Numbered from the stretch's first letter, positions 20,221 through 29,899 are shown. The stretch is DNA of 64,000 nucleotides from Candidatus Geocrenenecus huangii (GCA_023254095.1 JALNLM010000002.1:134594-198593); one strand, 5' to 3'. Numbers and translations are program-made. Notes: a model not told the origin generated them from the sequence alone.

Positions 20221-20364
20221 ATGCCCAAGAAGAAAGCTGCAAAGAAGAAGGGGGCAAAGAAGGCTGCAAAGAAGAAAGGAGCGAAGAAGGCTGCAAAAAA
20301 AGCTAGGAGACCGAAGAAGGCTGCTCCTAAACCAGCGCCAGCAGAAGAAGTTACTGGAGCTTAG
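20221..20364 (+). CDS. 47-aa Lys/Ala-rich histone H1-like microprotein (not in ORF track)
   Basis: MPKKKAAKKKGAKKAAKKKGAKKAAKKARRPKKAAPKPAPAEEVTGA*; BRE/TATA at about 20168-20181, GGTG SD, T-tract downstream. Confidence 0.8.
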   Translation: MPKKKAAKKKGAKKAAKKKGAKKAAKKARRPKKAAPKPAPAEEVTGA

Positions 20365-20392
20365 AATGCCTAACTGAGTAAGGCCCCCACTA

Positions 20393-20405
20393 TTTTTCTT
20401 TTTTT
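20393..20405 (+). terminator. Oligo-T archaeal terminator of the H1-like gene
   Basis: TTTTTCTTTTTTT about 30 nt after the TAG. Confidence 0.6.
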
Positions 20406-20407
20406 AT

Positions 20408-20956
20408 TTACCAAGCTGGATATTCTTCTTCTACTTTAGCCTCCTTATTCTTTGATGAAACAATATTGAGGATTAGATAGGCGCTTGTAGCTGAGATTAT
20501 CGTAGGCACAGATAAGAAGAATATAATGTCTAGAGACCTGTATAAGAAAAGGTCTGACATCACTAAATCTATTTCTGACAACCATGTAATACTATTACTC
20601 CATAAGGAATATAGCATAAAATTTGAGAATATCCAGAAACAGAAAATTATAGATGCGGATGTAAAGACTATCTTTGCTGCCCTGACAGGCTCCCCTGTTA
20701 GAAACCCTATGAATAATGAACTTATGATCCAGATTAAAAGAGGCCATACGCCTAAGTTTAATCCACTGCCTAGAGATGGTGCACCTAAAGCTGAAGAAAG
20801 AGGCGTAAGAAGGAAAGAATATATATCATGTAGTAATTTCAGTAAACCTAACTGTAGTGGAAACTCGGGTGACCAAACTGTACCGCTAAACGCTACCATT
20901 GACCCAAGAGTTAATGAGGCTGTCATCGTCCCTAAACCTATAAGAAAACTCTTCAT
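20408..20956 (-). CDS. Hypothetical integral membrane protein
   Basis: About four hydrophobic helices; ATG at 20956 preferred. Confidence 0.7.
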   Translation of the reverse strand: MKSFLIGLGTMTASLTLGSMVAFSGTVWSPEFPLQLGLLKLLHDIYSFLLTPLSSALGAPSLGSGLNLGVWPLLIWIISSLFIGFLTGEPVRAAKIVFTSASIIFCFWIFSNFMLYSLWSNSITWLSEIDLVMSDLFLYRSLDIIFFLSVPTIISATSAYLILNIVSSKNKEAKVEEEYPAW

Positions 20957-21186
20957 ACCCTTCCTAGCATCTAAGAGTGAAGGGATAAATCTTTCTAGAC
21001 TATTACTGCAGAATACTGACAAATGGATTCTCTTGGTAATCTGTCGAGACTATGCCGATAGGTCAAGCCTTAGGATTCCGGGAGCCAATAGGACGTATGT
21101 GAAGTTACGTTCTCGAGTAAACATTTTGACTCCCACAGGAATAATTATAAATATAAGCTTAGAATTATCTGGATGTTGGAGATAGA

Positions 21187-21238
21187 TGATCCTAGGCTCC
21201 TCCTGTTAGGAGACTAATACGTTGGTATCGGGGGGTCA
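21187..21238 (+). promoter_or_regulatory. Candidate structured 5' leader of rpl35ae
   Basis: Three nested helices can be drawn between the TATA box (about 21145-21155) and ATG 21242. Confidence 0.4.
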
Positions 21239-21241
21239 GGG

Positions 21242-21568
21242 ATGGCCTGGCTAACAGGCTTCATATTAAGTGAGAGATTCAAGCAGAGTGGTAGAAGCAA
21301 GAATAGGAGAGACTACATAATAGACTTCCCAGGTGTAAGTGATAAAGAGACTGCCTCTCTTCTAACTGGTAAAAGAGTAGAGTATAGAGATAAGTCTGTA
21401 AGGATTACTGGTCAGATCATCAAGACGCATGGTGTTAATGGGAGACTTAGAGCTAGATTCACTAAACCTCTTCCTGGGAGGTTCTGGGATGGTAGAGTAT
21501 TCCTCCGACTAGACAAGTCTATTCTTGAACTAGCTAAATCTGGAGAGCCCTCTTCTCAAACTGTTTAA
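21242..21568 (+). CDS. rpl35ae: 50S ribosomal protein L35Ae (eL33)
   Basis: GKRVEY...GQIIKTHGVNGRLRARFTKPLPG. Confidence 0.88.
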   Translation: MAWLTGFILSERFKQSGRSKNRRDYIIDFPGVSDKETASLLTGKRVEYRDKSVRITGQIIKTHGVNGRLRARFTKPLPGRFWDGRVFLRLDKSILELAKSGEPSSQTV

Positions 21569-23111
21569 AATATCTTCTGATGACTTCTTGTATGGTGTCA
21601 GCTTCCACAGGTCTTTTATCTAGTCTAATCCTAGTTATCCTGGCGAACCTCAATGCTAGACCCGACCTATACTTACTGCTCTTCTGGATCTCATTATATG
21701 CGACTTCCACAACTATCTCTGGCTTAACACTTATAGTATATCCTTCTTCGCCGATCTTTAATTCTAGCAGTTTCTTGGTAATCCATTCGAATTCATCATC
21801 AGTTAAGCCTTTAAAAGTTTTGCCAACGATCTCAAATCCCCCCGTCTCGGGGTCGTAAGCTGCAAGATGATAATTACTTAGCCAACCAGTCCTCCTACCG
21901 TAACCATAATCGGCCTTAATAATTACTAGGTCAAGAGTTTCTGAGGGCTTAATCTTAAGCCAAAGCTTCTCTCTCCTACCAGGCTTGTACTTTCCATCAA
22001 GTTTCTTTAACATTATCCCTTCATGACCTGCATTGGTGGCTGATTCTAAGAATTCTTTAACATCCTTCTCTGAATAGGCTATCCTTCTAGGAATCAGCAG
22101 GTCGGGGGATGATATGCTTTTTAGCTTATTCCATCGTTCAAAGTATGGTAGATCCATGAGTTCTAGACCATCTAGGTAAAGTATATCGAAGAGGTATAAT
22201 CTCAATGGTATTTGCAGGTCTTCTTCAAAAGTTCTGGTTCTCCTAAACCTTCTTAGGAGTACTTGGAACGGTAGAGGCCGATTTGACGAATCTACGGCTA
22301 TTATTTCCCCATCCAATACGGCAATGCATTTCTTAACATTCTTTTCTACTTGCTCAATTACATCTGGGATACTTTCAGTTATATCTTTCAGCCCCCTCGA
22401 GAATATTTTCACACCATTGTATCCGACGTGGATTTGGACTCTCGCTCCATCTACTTTGTATTCTAGAGCATACATTACGTTAGGCTCCTTGAATAATTCT
22501 CGTATGTCTTGGCATTGTTCCGCCAACATGGGTTTTACAGGCCTATATACTTCTAGCCTTATAGATTCAACTATCCCGCCACCGTGAATCTTTAACTGTT
22601 TAGCCAATTCACCGATGTCTCCCACTAGCATATACGCTCTATGAATATGTTCGAGTGAAACACCTCCTATTTCTGCTAAGGCCTCTAACAGTACTCCCTC
22701 GTTTACTCCATGTTGCATTTCTCCAATCACTATTTTCATAAACCACTCACGTTCAACTTCATCCATCCTCGCTAGAAGCCCTAAAATAATATTCTTCTTC
22801 TTTTCTCTAGAGCCGTAACCCTTAATCTTAGCTATCTCAAGAAGTTTCTCTGCAACGTCATTAATGGTTAGAGGTTCGTGCATCAAAGTCGACTGCATAT
22901 CGCGTATCTCTATCAAAGTGTTGTATCCTACGTCTAGTTCATCACTCATATTTTCAGGGAGAGGCTTACCTATGAGTAAACGTGAAGCATATTCTACTTG
23001 TATCGGGTCAAGGTTTCTTAGAAATCTGACTATTAGTGAGACCTTATCCTTTCTACCAAAAGTTTCCTTAAGCCTCTCACATAACTCAGATAACTCTTTG
23101 AAAGTAGTCAT
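21534..23111 (-). CDS. lig: ATP-dependent DNA ligase
   Basis: KPMLA, EYKVDGARVQIH, LDGE, EGIMLK, WLKIK, LRFARI. Confidence 0.95.
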   Translation of the reverse strand: MTTFKELSELCERLKETFGRKDKVSLIVRFLRNLDPIQVEYASRLLIGKPLPENMSDELDVGYNTLIEIRDMQSTLMHEPLTINDVAEKLLEIAKIKGYGSREKKKNIILGLLARMDEVEREWFMKIVIGEMQHGVNEGVLLEALAEIGGVSLEHIHRAYMLVGDIGELAKQLKIHGGGIVESIRLEVYRPVKPMLAEQCQDIRELFKEPNVMYALEYKVDGARVQIHVGYNGVKIFSRGLKDITESIPDVIEQVEKNVKKCIAVLDGEIIAVDSSNRPLPFQVLLRRFRRTRTFEEDLQIPLRLYLFDILYLDGLELMDLPYFERWNKLKSISSPDLLIPRRIAYSEKDVKEFLESATNAGHEGIMLKKLDGKYKPGRREKLWLKIKPSETLDLVIIKADYGYGRRTGWLSNYHLAAYDPETGGFEIVGKTFKGLTDDEFEWITKKLLELKIGEEGYTISVKPEIVVEVAYNEIQKSSKYRSGLALRFARITRIRLDKRPVEADTIQEVIRRYFKQFEKRALQI

Positions 23112-23278
23112 CCCTACACTAATAGATAAAAGATTACTCCTGATATATCTTCACTTCCAGATGGACTGATGCGAAATATACTAAGACTATAATTGCGTAG
23201 ATACAGACTATATATAAGCACCGGATAAATGCAGACTCTCAACCGTTAATGTTAAAATTCTAGCTTTAGAAATTTTAC

Positions 23279-23494
23279 ATGAAAGAGATGTCTAGCAGTA
23301 AAGTTGAAGGAAAGATCCTATATCAATGTGTTTGGTGTAAAAGAATCTTCGAGAAGGAGATGCTTTCTAGGGTTGCTGAGACTAGGTGTCCGTATTGTGG
23401 TTTTAACGTTATAAAGAAAGCAAAGCCTTTCAGAGCTAAGCTGATAACTACTTCTGAACTTAGCAAGGAGCAGAGGATCCTAACTGGGAGTTAG
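23279..23494 (+). CDS. rpoP: RNA polymerase subunit Rpo12 (RpoP)
   Basis: YQCVWC...RCPYCGFNVIKK zinc ribbon. Confidence 0.85.
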   Translation: MKEMSSSKVEGKILYQCVWCKRIFEKEMLSRVAETRCPYCGFNVIKKAKPFRAKLITTSELSKEQRILTGS

Positions 23495-23574
23495 CGTGCC
23501 CTGATGCCTGTTCTCTTATATTGTACTTCTAGAAAAATATGAGATGATTGCTGACGTCTTTAGGGAAGTAGAAG

Positions 23575-23955
23575 TTATGGTTTTCTGCCTCTTATCTCTA
23601 CGATCTTCTTTATGATCTCTTCGAGGAAGTCTTTCGATGCACCGGGGTCTATTATTGAAACGCTACTTGCTGGTACGCTTATTCCAGCTGCTTCTCCTAA
23701 GCTCTTCTTGCTTGAAACAAAAGTATACGGGATCTTCTTTTCATCGCATAAGTGTGGTATGAAAGCAACTATTTCAGGCGGGTCAACATCTGTAGCTATT
23801 ACGACGAATCTTGCTTGACCTCTTTCGATAGATTTGATGACTTCGTTTACGCCTTTTCTTATCTTTCCAGATTCTCTAGCCATCCTTACGATTTCAAGAG
23901 TGGCCTTCATAAGTTCGTCTGGTGGGTTGAAGGTTTGATAACTCGGATTAGGCAT
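23575..23955 (-). CDS. rpl7ae: 50S ribosomal protein L7Ae (eL8)
   Basis: GKIRKGVNEVIKSIERG, DVDPPEIV, LGEAAGI. Confidence 0.96.
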   Translation of the reverse strand: MPNPSYQTFNPPDELMKATLEIVRMARESGKIRKGVNEVIKSIERGQARFVVIATDVDPPEIVAFIPHLCDEKKIPYTFVSSKKSLGEAAGISVPASSVSIIDPGASKDFLEEIIKKIVEIRGRKP

Positions 23956-23970
23956 GTGCCTTCATCTCCA
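23944..23970 (-). promoter_or_regulatory. Kink-turn spanning the SD and AUG of rpl7ae (autoregulatory element)
   Basis: mRNA reads UGGA-GAU-GA-AGGCA-CA-UGCCU-AA-UCCG: C stem, 3-nt bulge, G.A and A.A pairs, NC stem. Confidence 0.6.
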
Positions 23971-24164
23971 TTTACCTATCAGAGATAGTAAACTGCCTAT
24001 ACAAATACGTTATGTTAACGTGAATTGACCAATCTAAATTAAGTCTTGACTATTTTTCTCCACTCTAACTTAAATAGTCGACTATAACGAGTGGGCTGAA
24101 ATATTCCGTACTACATATTTTCACTAGCTAAAGATTTATTCATACCCAATTCCACTTATCACAT

Positions 24165-24659
24165 ATGATTAATAGGCTAAAGTTTGATGTAGTAGATGTA
24201 AAAATCCCCGAAGGATGTAATCTCATCTTTGGAATATCGCATTTCATAAAGACTGTAGAAGATGTTTACGAAGCGATTGTCAATTCTGTTCCCGGAGCAA
24301 AGTTTGGGATAGCGTTTGCAGAAGCAAGTGGACCATGCCTTATTAGACATGAAGGAACAGATGAAGAACTTAGAAAAATTGCAGCTGAAACACTTTTAAG
24401 AATAGGGTGCGGTCATACCTTTCTCATCGTGATGAGGAACTTCTACCCGATAAATATAATGGAAAAACTTAAACACGTCTCAGAGGTCTGTACGATATTA
24501 GCGGCTACAGCTAACCCGCTGCAAGTCATAGTTGTTGAGACGGAGCAAGGAAGAGGAGTGCTAGGAGTAATAGATGGGTACAAATCTAAAGGAATAGAAG
24601 ATGAAAAACACATAGAAGAAAGAAGAGCATTCCTGCGAAGAATCGGATATAAATTTTAA
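24165..24659 (+). CDS. Adenosine-specific kinase family (DUF355)
   Basis: SHFIKTVED, FAEASGPCLIR, AATANP, GRGVLGVIDG. Confidence 0.88.
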   Translation: MINRLKFDVVDVKIPEGCNLIFGISHFIKTVEDVYEAIVNSVPGAKFGIAFAEASGPCLIRHEGTDEELRKIAAETLLRIGCGHTFLIVMRNFYPINIMEKLKHVSEVCTILAATANPLQVIVVETEQGRGVLGVIDGYKSKGIEDEKHIEERRAFLRRIGYKF

Positions 24660-24802
24660 CAAAATATTTCTAGACAATTAAATCAACCAACATAGGCTCT
24701 CTAACTCATTACTCGGTAATCTGTATTTTGAAGTTGCCTAAAACGGATAAATAAGGAAAGTTCATCAAGTAGCTCAAGGAATAAAATTACGAAGTCTGGA
24801 AG

Positions 24803-26524
24803 ATGAAGACGGAAGAGCTCGTATTGAAATGGGCTTTGAAGAATGCGTTAGAACATGGAGGCAAGGCTCTACAAAATGCGGTATTATCGAAGATAATTGG
24901 AGAAGACCCCTCTCTAAAAGCTAGAATAAAAGAAGTATTAGCTCTCGTCGAAGAGATCGTAAATCAAGTGAATTCTATGAGTATAGATGAGCAGAAGGCT
25001 CTACTCGAAGAAATATCTCCAGAGCTCCTAGTATATGAAAAGAAAGTAGAGGAAAAGAAGCTACCACCTTTACCCAACGCTATTAAAGGAAGAGTTGTTA
25101 CACGTCTTCCACCTGAGCCGAGTGGATACATGCATATAGGTCATGCTATGAGTGGTATATTAAACTATGTTTATGCTAAGATGTATGATGGTAAAGTATG
25201 GTTGAGGTTTGAAGATACAGACCCTAGGAAAATTAAGCTTGAATACTATGAAAGTTTTAGGAGAGGATATAGATGGCTCGGGATAGAATGGGATTATGAA
25301 AAAAACAATAGTGAAGATATAGATCTGTTTTATGATTATGCAGAGAAGATAATAGAGATGGGGAGAGCGTATGTATGCTTCTGCGACCCTGAGAGGATAA
25401 AATCTCTGAGAAAAATAGGAGTAGAGTGTGAGCATAGAAGTCATTCGGTAGATGAAAACATGAAGTACTGGAAGATGATGCTTAATGGAGAGTTCAAAGA
25501 AGGTGAAGCCATCCTTAGACTCGTCGGTAACATGAAGGATAAGAATACGACTATGAGAGACCCAGCGATCTTTAGAATAGTAGAACACGAGCATCCGCTA
25601 ACTGGAAAAGGATACCATGTATGGCCTCTCTACGATTTCGCAGCCTCAATAGAAGATAGCATATGCGGGGTTACACATATTCTACGCACGAGCGAATTCA
25701 TCTTAAGAGATGAATTGCAAAATTACATAAGAAATCTATTAGGGATGAGTAACCCGACGTATGTTGAGTATTCTAGGTTCGAATTCAAGGGGACGCCGGT
25801 ATCGAAGAGGAAGCTCAGAGCAATAATTGAGGCAGGCTTAGCGGAAAGATGGGACGACCCGAGATTTCCTACAATTGAAGGTTTAAGGAGGAGAGGAATA
25901 CTGCCGGAAGCTATAAGAGAGTTCACACTTACACAAACAGGCTTTTCATATGCTAGGAGAGAATACGATTGGAGTCTGTTATACTCCGTGAATAAGAAGT
26001 TACTGGATCCTGTGGCAAGGAGATTCTTCTTCGCACCTTACCCCGTAAAACTGGAGGTAGAAGGACTAGAAGCAGGAGAATTGAATATACCGTATCATCC
26101 GTCCAACAAATCTTTAGGCATGAGAAAGATAGACTATACAGGTGAATTTTACATTTCTGGTATCGATGCTGGAAATATGAGGATTGGGCAGACCATAAGA
26201 TTAAAGTATCTTGTAAATGTGAAGATTCTCCAGATCTCCAGTGATAAAATTAGAGGAAAACATGTAAGTGGTGGACCGGCTCAAAACATACCGATTATAC
26301 AATGGGTTCCAGCACACAGGTTCATCGGTATTAAGATATTGGTACCCGACGTCCTATACATAGATGAAGAAAAGATTAATCAGGAGAGCTTGAAGATTAT
26401 TGAAGGATACTCTGAAGAAAACGTTAATGAAGTTAAAGTAGATGAGATTGTACAATTCGAGAGATTCGGATTCTGTAGATGTGATTCGGCGACTGAAAGA
26501 GTATTTATCAAAACACATGATTAG
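24803..26524 (+). CDS. gltX: Glutamate--tRNA ligase
   Basis: PPEPSGYMHIGH, RFEDTDP, WDDPRFPT, QFERFGF. Confidence 0.95.
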   Translation: MKTEELVLKWALKNALEHGGKALQNAVLSKIIGEDPSLKARIKEVLALVEEIVNQVNSMSIDEQKALLEEISPELLVYEKKVEEKKLPPLPNAIKGRVVTRLPPEPSGYMHIGHAMSGILNYVYAKMYDGKVWLRFEDTDPRKIKLEYYESFRRGYRWLGIEWDYEKNNSEDIDLFYDYAEKIIEMGRAYVCFCDPERIKSLRKIGVECEHRSHSVDENMKYWKMMLNGEFKEGEAILRLVGNMKDKNTTMRDPAIFRIVEHEHPLTGKGYHVWPLYDFAASIEDSICGVTHILRTSEFILRDELQNYIRNLLGMSNPTYVEYSRFEFKGTPVSKRKLRAIIEAGLAERWDDPRFPTIEGLRRRGILPEAIREFTLTQTGFSYARREYDWSLLYSVNKKLLDPVARRFFFAPYPVKLEVEGLEAGELNIPYHPSNKSLGMRKIDYTGEFYISGIDAGNMRIGQTIRLKYLVNVKILQISSDKIRGKHVSGGPAQNIPIIQWVPAHRFIGIKILVPDVLYIDEEKINQESLKIIEGYSEENVNEVKVDEIVQFERFGFCRCDSATERVFIKTHD

Positions 26525-26542
26525 GCTACTCAAAGAACTCAT

Positions 26543-26734
26543 CTATGAACGTTTCTGCTTTCCATAGTATTCCGTCCACTTAAGTTTTCTTGGATCTCTC
26601 CTAAATTCAACCATACTCACCCGACATTTTCTTGAGCAGAACCATAGGAGAGAACCATCTTTCTTAACGTATAACATGCCTCTACCATGTATAAACTCTC
26701 TTCCACAAAATGAACATTTATGTTTTGTAGGCAC
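26543..26734 (-). CDS. rpl24e: 50S ribosomal protein L24e
   Basis: CSFCG...GRGMLYVKKDG...FCSRKC...PRKLKWT. Confidence 0.95.
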   Translation of the reverse strand: MPTKHKCSFCGREFIHGRGMLYVKKDGSLLWFCSRKCRVSMVEFRRDPRKLKWTEYYGKQKRS

Positions 26735-26750
26735 GGATAGACACCCCCCG

Positions 26751-26978
26751 CTACTTTATCTTCTCAGCTTCCCTCTCAGTATCTAGCAGCAGCAATATGT
26801 CTCCTAGACGAACCGGCCCCTTCACGTTCCTAGTTATAACTCTACCAGCATCTCTACCTTCCAATATCCTCACTCTTACCTGGGTTATCTCACCTGTAGC
26901 GCCTGTTCTGCCAACTATCTGCTCGACCACTGCAGGCACAGGCTCTTCTACACGCTCGGTCTTAGCAGGTTTACTCAT
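26751..26978 (-). CDS. rps28e: 30S ribosomal protein S28e
   Basis: [27 protein letters not shown]. Confidence 0.96.
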   Translation of the reverse strand: MSKPAKTERVEEPVPAVVEQIVGRTGATGEITQVRVRILEGRDAGRVITRNVKGPVRLGDILLLLDTEREAEKIK

Positions 26979-27084
26979 CTTCTTCCAGCAATAGCTAAAC
27001 TAACATCCTATTCTTAACTATTATGTTTCATAGTATCCTCAGAGTTTGCTGCATCCGAAACGATAACTCTTAAATAATGATACA

Positions 27085-27250
27085 TTATAGCTGTTTACAT
27101 CCCCCGAAGACTACGGGCATAATAGCTACCTCGTCTCCTGGTTTAACTGTAATAGATTTGGATCAGTAAACCTGTGGACAGCAAGACCATTAATGATCAA
27201 GAGTAACCTCCCATCTAAGAGCTTCTCTGATATATAGTTGAGTATATTTC
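27085..27250 (-). pseudogene. Frameshifted MoaD/ThiS/SAMP (ubiquitin-like) remnant
   Basis: LLDGRLLLIINGLAVHRFTDP then, one frame over, SITVKPGDEVAIMPVVFGG-CKQL*; no in-frame ATG found. Confidence 0.65.
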
Positions 27251-27448
27251 TTTTTCTTCTACAGGAATGGCTAAGAAGTAAAAATTAGAAGACCTAGCGT
27301 AAGCTCATTATAAAAGGGCTTTTTCGGGAAATCATAGATTAAAAGGTCGGAATATCTGTCTTTGAATGTTTCGGCTGTCTGTAGCATCTTGCATACCTAT
27401 CTTTGTTGACGCCCAAGATTATTTTTTAGAGTTTGTATCCACGTAGTT

Positions 27449-28300
27449 TCAAGGATATTCTATCTTGAGGGATGCATAGCCTACAACTGATGACTTGTCT
27501 CCTGTTACATCTCCACTTGTAGCATATCTTAGTAATTCAGCTCCTCGAGCCTGAATCCTCCTAGCAGCTTCCAATACAGCTGCTACGGGACCATAACCGC
27601 ACATAGAGATATCTTTTTCTCTCAATACCCTATACAATGTTTCAACCTCAAGTTTCATAATCTTATCAAGAGCGATTGAGTCTTTCCTCACTGCTACCTC
27701 ATGTGGTTCATAATGACTGAAGTCTGTAGAGGCGATTAGTAATATGCCTGACTTCTGGCTTAATAATTCTGCAATAGCTTTACCGACCTCTAGAGCAGCT
27801 TCTATACTTTGGTCAAGCATGCATATCGGTACGAGACTAAAGCTCCCTAAGACATACTGGAGAAACGGTATCTGTACCTCGATAGAGTGTTCACGTAGAT
27901 GGGATAACTCGTCAAGAGAGAACACATCGGATATTTCGGCAAGCTTTTTCCCAATTTCTGAATTAACCTTAACTTCTCCTAAGGGAGTAACCCATGTACC
28001 TTCCGGATATATTGAGACGCTGGTCCCGAAACCATAATGATTTGGACCTATAACGATCACAGTATCTGGCTTAGCTCTACCATCCAACTCTAAGTAACCG
28101 TGAGCCGCTATTGGACCCGAGTAAACATACCCAGCATGTGGAGATATTAATGCAAGAGGATGTTTCTCCTTGTCCGCAGTCTTTGAGGAGAGTCTACCTG
28201 GCCCTAAACTATGTAAGAAGCATTCTTCGATCTGTTTCTTCAATACCGTTGAAGATGAAGGATAAAACGTTCCAGCCACTGCAGGGGTTCTCCTCGGCAT
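27449..28300 (-). CDS. MEMO1 family (AmmeMemoRadiSam protein B)
   Basis: PAVAGTFYP, PHAGYVYSG, GPNH, EHSIEVQ, STDFSHY, MCG. Confidence 0.93.
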   Translation of the reverse strand: MPRRTPAVAGTFYPSSSTVLKKQIEECFLHSLGPGRLSSKTADKEKHPLALISPHAGYVYSGPIAAHGYLELDGRAKPDTVIVIGPNHYGFGTSVSIYPEGTWVTPLGEVKVNSEIGKKLAEISDVFSLDELSHLREHSIEVQIPFLQYVLGSFSLVPICMLDQSIEAALEVGKAIAELLSQKSGILLIASTDFSHYEPHEVAVRKDSIALDKIMKLEVETLYRVLREKDISMCGYGPVAAVLEAARRIQARGAELLRYATSGDVTGDKSSVVGYASLKIEYP

Positions 28301-28363
28301 ACCGATTATAATAATATATCACAAGTATTTATCATTGTTTTCAATACTATTCTCCTGGTTTAA

Positions 28364-29437
28364 ATGGGGGAGGAGCTACATTCCAGGAAGAGAGACCATA
28401 TAAGAATATGCCTTGAGAAGGATGTAGAATTCAAGAAGAAGACGACTTGGCTTGAGTATGTTGAATTAATTCATAACCCGCTACCAGAAGTAGATTTCGA
28501 GGAGATAAGAATTGAAGCAGAATTTCTTGGTAGAAGATTCGATTATCCATTAATTATCGAGGGTATGACAGGAGGTCTACCCGAAGGATACAGCATTAAC
28601 AAGAATCTAGCTGAAGCCGCTCTAGAACTTAACATCCCTGTCGGTGTAGGAAGCCAGAGAGCAGGCATATATAATGAATCTCTAAGAAGTACCTACCGAA
28701 TCATGAGAGATATTTCTCCCAGCATCTTCATTATAGGAAATATTGGTGCAACACAACTAGTTAGAGAAGGGGTCGAGTTAGCGGAAAAAGCAGTAGAAAT
28801 GATTGAGGCAGACGCCCTTGCAATACATGTTAACAGTTTACAAGAATTAGTTCAGCCAAAGGGAACAACAACATTTAAGGGGGTGATGAAAGCCATAGAG
28901 AAGGTCGTTGAGAGACTAAGCGTCCCAGTAATAGTTAAAGAGGTTGGATGCGGTATACCTAAGGAGACTGGGAGAAGCCTAGAAGCAATAGGTGTCAAAG
29001 CTATAGATGTAGCGGGAGCGGGAGGAACGAACTGGACTCTCATTGAGAAGATTAGAGCAGAAGAAAGTGGAGAAATGGAAAAGAAGCTGCTTGGCGAAAT
29101 ATTCCTAGAGTGGGGAATACCCACTGCTGCATCGATTTTAGAGATTTCATCAACCGTAGAAATAGAAGTAGTTGGTTCAGGCGGAATAAGGACAGGACTA
29201 GATATAGCTAAGATATTAGCTCTAGGAGCAGAAATGGCTGGAATGGCTAAACCTTTGTTGAGGCCAGCCCTAGAGAGTAAAGAAGCAATACTAGATTATC
29301 TTAAAAAAGTATTCTTGGAGCTGAGGGCTGCGATGTATTTAACTGGTTGCAGAAACATCGATGAATTAAAGAATACCGGCAAGATATTAGTAGGACCGTT
29401 ACTCGAATGGTGTAGGCAAAGAGGTTTACGAATCTAA
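28364..29437 (+). CDS. fni: Type 2 isopentenyl-diphosphate delta-isomerase
   Basis: RKRDHI, MTGG, GVGSQR, KEVGCG, GAGGTNW, SGGIRTG. Confidence 0.95.
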   Translation: MGEELHSRKRDHIRICLEKDVEFKKKTTWLEYVELIHNPLPEVDFEEIRIEAEFLGRRFDYPLIIEGMTGGLPEGYSINKNLAEAALELNIPVGVGSQRAGIYNESLRSTYRIMRDISPSIFIIGNIGATQLVREGVELAEKAVEMIEADALAIHVNSLQELVQPKGTTTFKGVMKAIEKVVERLSVPVIVKEVGCGIPKETGRSLEAIGVKAIDVAGAGGTNWTLIEKIRAEESGEMEKKLLGEIFLEWGIPTAASILEISSTVEIEVVGSGGIRTGLDIAKILALGAEMAGMAKPLLRPALESKEAILDYLKKVFLELRAAMYLTGCRNIDELKNTGKILVGPLLEWCRQRGLRI

Positions 29438-29470
29438 GGCTAAATTATAGCTATCCTAACCTTATACAGT

Positions 29471-29899
29471 ATGAGCCAGGTCGAGAGAACCCTCATAATG
29501 TTGAAGCCGAGCTGTATAGAGAGAGGACTAGTAGGGGAAATCTTGTCTAGATTTGAGAAAAAAGGCTTAAAGATAATACAGATGAAGTTCTTGAAAATGA
29601 GTAGACAGATGGTTGAAGAACTATACAGTGTCCATAAAGGGAAAAACTTTTATGAGACACTAGTAGAAACATTAGAAGGCAGAAGGATCGTTGCAATAGT
29701 AGTCGAAGGCAGGAAAGCAATCGATGTAGTAAGAAAGCTTATCGGTTCAACCGATCCTGCTCTCGCAGAGCCAGGGACTATTAGAGGAGACCTAGCAATA
29801 GAAATCCCTGACAACCTCATCCATGCATCAGACAGTCCAGAATCATATAAGAGAGAATACTTAATATTCTTTAAAGAAGAAGAATTACAGACTACTTAG
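29471..29899 (+). CDS. ndk: Nucleoside-diphosphate kinase
   Basis: ERTLIMLKP, PGTIRGD, NLIHASDS. Confidence 0.96.
   Translation: MSQVERTLIMLKPSCIERGLVGEILSRFEKKGLKIIQMKFLKMSRQMVEELYSVHKGKNFYETLVETLEGRRIVAIVVEGRKAIDVVRKLIGSTDPALAEPGTIRGDLAIEIPDNLIHASDSPESYKREYLIFFKEEELQTT

Noticed and set aside
20526-21185. 219-aa + strand ORF
   Set aside because: Antisense shadow of the membrane protein gene; no motifs.
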